Shown here in pieces: positions 60,354 through 64,000 of a DNA stretch of 64,000 nt. Each line of letters begins with the position of its first letter. Positions within the stretch are counted from its first letter, which is position 1. The stretch spans positions 1,312,001-1,376,000 of the forward strand of contig CAVWLP010000002.1 of NCBI GenBank assembly GCA_963755915.1, written 5' to 3'. The notes below the pieces were generated by a model. That model ran no database searches, was not told the origin of the DNA, and saw nothing but the letters and a program-made list of their open reading frames with translations. Source of the stretch: an uncultured Phycisphaerales bacterium. Its GTDB lineage: Bacteria > Planctomycetota > Phycisphaerae > Tepidisphaerales > Tepidisphaeraceae. Made by a program: the position numbers and the translations under genes.

Positions 60354-61255
60354 AATTCGGACAAGTCGACAATCCGGGAAAAGTCGATTTCAAGATCGTG
60401 TCAGACAATCCGGGCACTGCGAAGGTGTTGAAAAAGACTTTGAAATCGAAGGTGTTTGAGGCCTGCGTCGGATGTGCAAAGTGGAATAAAAAAGACCTTA
60501 AACATTTCTATCCGAGGGAAGTAAAAGATGAACTCGCATATTATTCGACGCAGTTCAATTGCATCGAGTTGAATGCAACATTTTACCGCCTGTTTCCTGC
60601 GGCGACATTCGACAACTGGTATAAGGCGGTGCCAGAGAATTTCGAGTTCTTTCCCAAACTCGAGCAATCAATCTCCCACTTCCGGCGGTTGAAGGACGTG
60701 AAAGAGATCGTCAAACGAAACGTCAAAAACATGTCGCGTCTGCGTGAAAAACTGGGAATGCCGTTTCTGCAGATGCACAATAATTTTCGGCCGAAGGATT
60801 TTGAGCGTGTTGCGGCGTTTGCCGAAAACTGGAAATATGAGGTGCCGTTGGCGATGGAGTTTCGCCACACAGATTGGTTTAACGACGCCTCGGTTTCGGG
60901 CAAACTCTACGATTTACTTGAAAAATACGGTATCACGAATGTCCTTGTCGACACCGCGGGTCGTCGCGACCTGATGCACATGCGTTTGACGACCTCGACA
61001 GCGTTCATACGCTGGGTAGGGTCAAATGAACCCAAATCGGATCGCTCGCGCCTGGATGAATGGGTTGGGCGAATCGCCAAATGGAAAAAGGCCGGTCTGC
61101 GGAAACTCATATTCATCGTCCACCAGAATGAAGAACAGGAGTCGCCGGCACTGGCAGCGCATTTTATCGAGCGGCTCAACAAGCGGATCGGCACGACGTT
61201 GCCAATTCCCAGGATATTCGCTGCTTTACATGCTGGGCGATCCCGGCATCGATGA
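60350..61255 (+). CDS. DUF72 (YecE) family protein
   Basis: VGCAKW, YYSTQFNCIELNATFY, AMEFRH..WF, AFIRWVG. Confidence 0.9.
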   Translation: MKFGQVDNPGKVDFKIVSDNPGTAKVLKKTLKSKVFEACVGCAKWNKKDLKHFYPREVKDELAYYSTQFNCIELNATFYRLFPAATFDNWYKAVPENFEFFPKLEQSISHFRRLKDVKEIVKRNVKNMSRLREKLGMPFLQMHNNFRPKDFERVAAFAENWKYEVPLAMEFRHTDWFNDASVSGKLYDLLEKYGITNVLVDTAGRRDLMHMRLTTSTAFIRWVGSNEPKSDRSRLDEWVGRIAKWKKAGLRKLIFIVHQNEEQESPALAAHFIERLNKRIGTTLPIPRIFAALHAGRSRHR

Positions 61256-61274
61256 CGGGAACGTCCTGGGGCTC

Positions 61275-62839
61275 TCAGCGACGGCGCACGCGGGTGGCGA
61301 GTTCGGCGGCTACGGTTTCGATCACGCTTTTCCAATCGCCGCGCGAAGTTTGTCGGAAGAGGCGCATGGTCGGATACCACGGGGTGTCTTCGCGGGCGGT
61401 CATCCATCGCCAGTCGGTGGCGAATTGGAGCATGAGCCAGATCTCCGCGCCAGTGCGCCGGCGAGGTGGGGGATGGAAGTGTCTGATGAGATCACCAGGT
61501 CCATGAGGGAAATCACGGCGGCGGAGTCGGCGAAATCTTCGATCTGTGAACCGATGTCGATCAGGCGCATGCCGTTCGGCGCGATGGCAATTTGTGATGC
61601 GGCGGCGCCTTTCTGGAGGCTGAAGAACGTGACGCCGGGGATTGCAAGCGGGGCCAGTTGGCTGAGCGAAAGGGAGCGGGTTCGGTCGCGGGCGAAGCCT
61701 GCGTTGCCGGACCAGTTTAACGCTACGCGCAGGGTGCCGGCGGGTGGGCCGAGTTTCTGCGACCAATTTGTTTTCAGCGCGTCATTGGCGGCGAGATAAG
61801 GGACATTCGCGGGGATCGTTTCGACGCGCGTTCCCAGGGCCAGGGGAAGACTCATCATTGGGCAATGGAGATCGAACGGGGGAAGGGGGTCGCCCGTCTT
61901 GATTACCTGTGCGATTCCAGCGAGTCCCTGCATCAGCCGAAGCAGCGGCGGCTGGCATTCCAGGACAATTTTCGCGCCTCTCTCGCGTAGAGAGGGGATA
62001 AAGCGGGCGAACTGGATGGTATCCCCCATGCCCTGTTCGGCATGGAGCAGGATGGTCTTGCCGGCAGGCGGCTCGCCGCGCCACATCGGCTGGGAAAAAT
62101 CGCGCCGGCGGGAGGGGAAATCGCGGCATTGCCAGCGCCATTCAAATTCCTTCCAACCCTCGGGAAAAAGGCCTTTCATCAGGAGAAGAAGCGAGAGATT
62201 GTGATGGGCTTCGGGAAGATCGGGGCGCAATTCAATCGCCCGGCGGTATTCGTGGATCGCATCATCGACTCGCCCGGCGGCGCTGAGAGCTGCTCCCAGG
62301 TTGAGGTGTGCTTCGGCATACGCCGGATTGATCTTCAGGCAGCGGCGATAAGCCTCGATGGCTTCTTCGAGCCGGCCGCATTCGCGCAGGGCGATTCCGA
62401 GGTTTAGAAGCGCGGACGCGTCGTTGGGATTGGGGGTAAGATATTTTTGATAGACTTCTGCCGCCTCTTGCGGGCGGTTTGTTCCGAGCAGGGCTTTGGC
62501 GAGTTGATCGACCGCGCTGGGAAAATTCGGGCGCAATTCCACGGCCTGCCGGAAGGCTGTGATGCCTTCCCCTGTTTTTCCCAGGGCCATGAGGACGATT
62601 CCGCGATTGAAATGGTAATCTGCGGCTTGCGGTTTGATCGCCAATGCCCGATCGATCAAATCCAACCCTTCAGCGTGGCGCCCGCGCTGGGAGGCGACCA
62701 CGCCGAGCATTTCCATGGCATCGGAATTCCCAGGCTCGGCCACGAGCACGCGGCGGTAGACCTCTTCGGCTTCCGCCAGCCGCCCGGCGGAGTGATGGGC
62801 GAGGGCCAATTGCATAGCCTGATGGACGGTGAGCTCCAT
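61275..62839 (-). CDS. TPR-containing glycosyltransferase (GT9-like C-terminus), frameshift near 61455
   Basis: TPRs; EQGMGDTIQFARF; DLVISSDTSIPHLAGAL; DWRW..TPWYPTMRLFRQ in ORF 61275. Confidence 0.9.
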
Positions 62840-62929
62840 GGGAATATCGTATCAGGAAGAGCAGCGCGGACGCGAAAATGGAATTTCGATTAGCTGCTCT
62901 CCATGGCAGAATGCGCCGATAAAACAACG

Positions 62930-63795
62930 ATGCCTCCACTTTCACTTATTGTCACCGCCGACGACTTCGGCATCGGCCGCCGCACCAGCGAAGGGATCAT
63001 CCATGCGCATCTGCACGGCCCGGTGACGGCGACCAGCCTGATGGTCGTCACCGGGGATCACCTTCAGGCTTCCTTGCCGTTGCTGGCAGAGGCGCCAAAC
63101 CTGGACGTAGGGCTGCATATCGTTCTGACAAAATGCGGGCATCGGCCACTGGTGGCGGGGAAATCTTCGGGATTGTGTGATGAGGAAGGGTTTGTCACCA
63201 ACGGGCGGCTCTGGCTGAAAGCGTTTGCCGGGCGGCTGGATCGAAAAGCCGTGACGGACGAAATCGCCGCACAGGCACAGGCTTTTCGGAAGATCGTCGG
63301 GCGGGCGCCGGCATATGTGGATGCGCATCACCATTCCCATCAGCTTCCGACGATTCGGGACGCGTTGCTGGAAGTGATTGGGTCGGGGCTGCTGCCGGCG
63401 ATCAGCCGAAAAACCGTTGAGCCGCCGGGAATGCTCGGGCGGGCGCCGGCGCGAAGCGGAATCGGCGGGCGGCTCATCTGCTGGGCAAGCGCGCTGGGAA
63501 GAAATTCTCCGCAGGGAAAGTCTGGTCTAACGATTTTTACTTTGGGATGCTGGATGCCGCCGCGTTGCAACAGGAATTTCCCTGGCAACATTTTCTCCGG
63601 CATCTGCCCGCCGGCGGCGTCGTCGAATGGGTTGTCCATCCCGGCTGCGAGGATGCAACACTAATCCCCCGCGATACCTACGTGGCCGAGCGGGCGGTTG
63701 AGCTGCACGCGCTCACCGACCCCTCGATGATGAAATATTGGGAACATCTGCGTCCCAGCCTTGCACGGAAATCTATTCTGGCCGGCGGTAAGTGA
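62930..63795 (+). CDS. ChbG/HpnK (YdjC) family deacetylase, frameshift near 63450-63480
   Basis: LIVTADDFG, TATSLMV, DVGLHI, VDAHHHSH; EWVVHPG..R..EL..L in ORF 63547. Confidence 0.88.
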
Positions 63796-63800
63796 CGGGT

Positions 63801-63835
63801 AAAAAAACAAAGCCCGCCGGGATCGACGGGCTTTG
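63801..63835 (-). terminator. Rho-independent terminator of the cold-shock gene
   Basis: Stem caaagcccg/cgggctttg followed by T7 on the minus strand. Confidence 0.8.
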
Positions 63836-63859
63836 CTGGCATTTTCTTTGGATGCGATT

Positions 63860-64000
63860 TTAGGTAGCAACCGTGGGGGTTGCGACGCGGCGCACCAGGG
63901 TGGCCTTGATGCCTTTGGGGCCGTCCTCGGCCTCATATTCCACTGCCTCCCCATCCTGGAGGGTTCGAAACCCCTCTGCCTGGATGACGGTGTGATGAAC
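63860..64000 (-). CDS. Cold-shock domain protein, C-terminal part (5' end outside window)
   Basis: Manual translation VHHTVIQAEGFRTLQDGEAVEYEAEDGPKGIKA..*. Confidence 0.9.
   Translation of the reverse strand, partial: VHHTVIQAEGFRTLQDGEAVEYEAEDGPKGIKATLVRRVATPTVAT

Overview
High-GC bacterial chromosome segment. Gene content and style (PEP-CTERM protein, prepilin-type proteins, TPR-glycosyltransferases, many Ser/Thr kinases, recurrent 'TTQP/ATQP' motifs in secreted proteins) suggest a planctomycete, probably Phycisphaerae/Tepidisphaerales; this is inference. More than 20 genes, including carB, are split by apparent single-base indels, most likely long-read assembly errors. Recognisable content: a molybdenum cluster, a sugar ABC SBP plus permease, carB, a TetR-controlled MacAB-TolC-like operon, a prepilin paralog pair, ada-alkA/ogt, tRNA-Phe, tRNA-Thr, an IS630 element, two TA pairs, GH28, tarD, UDG, a SAM-I riboswitch ahead of thrC-like/MoaD-like/NIL genes, rnr, folD, DUF72, a YdjC deacetylase and a cold-shock gene. 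Several families of short dispersed repeats occur, some in frame inside carB. The most notable region is a tightly coupled operon at 35628-41275. It encodes a Ser/Thr kinase with a double zinc ribbon, zinc-ribbon membrane proteins, a nuclease-fold/winged-helix-like protein and three tandem ~200-aa helical proteins that look like Snf7/ESCRT-III family members, one resembling Vps24/CHMP3 by eye. It is a candidate kinase-linked bacterial ESCRT-III-like membrane-remodelling system. All homology calls are by eye and need profile or structure searches.
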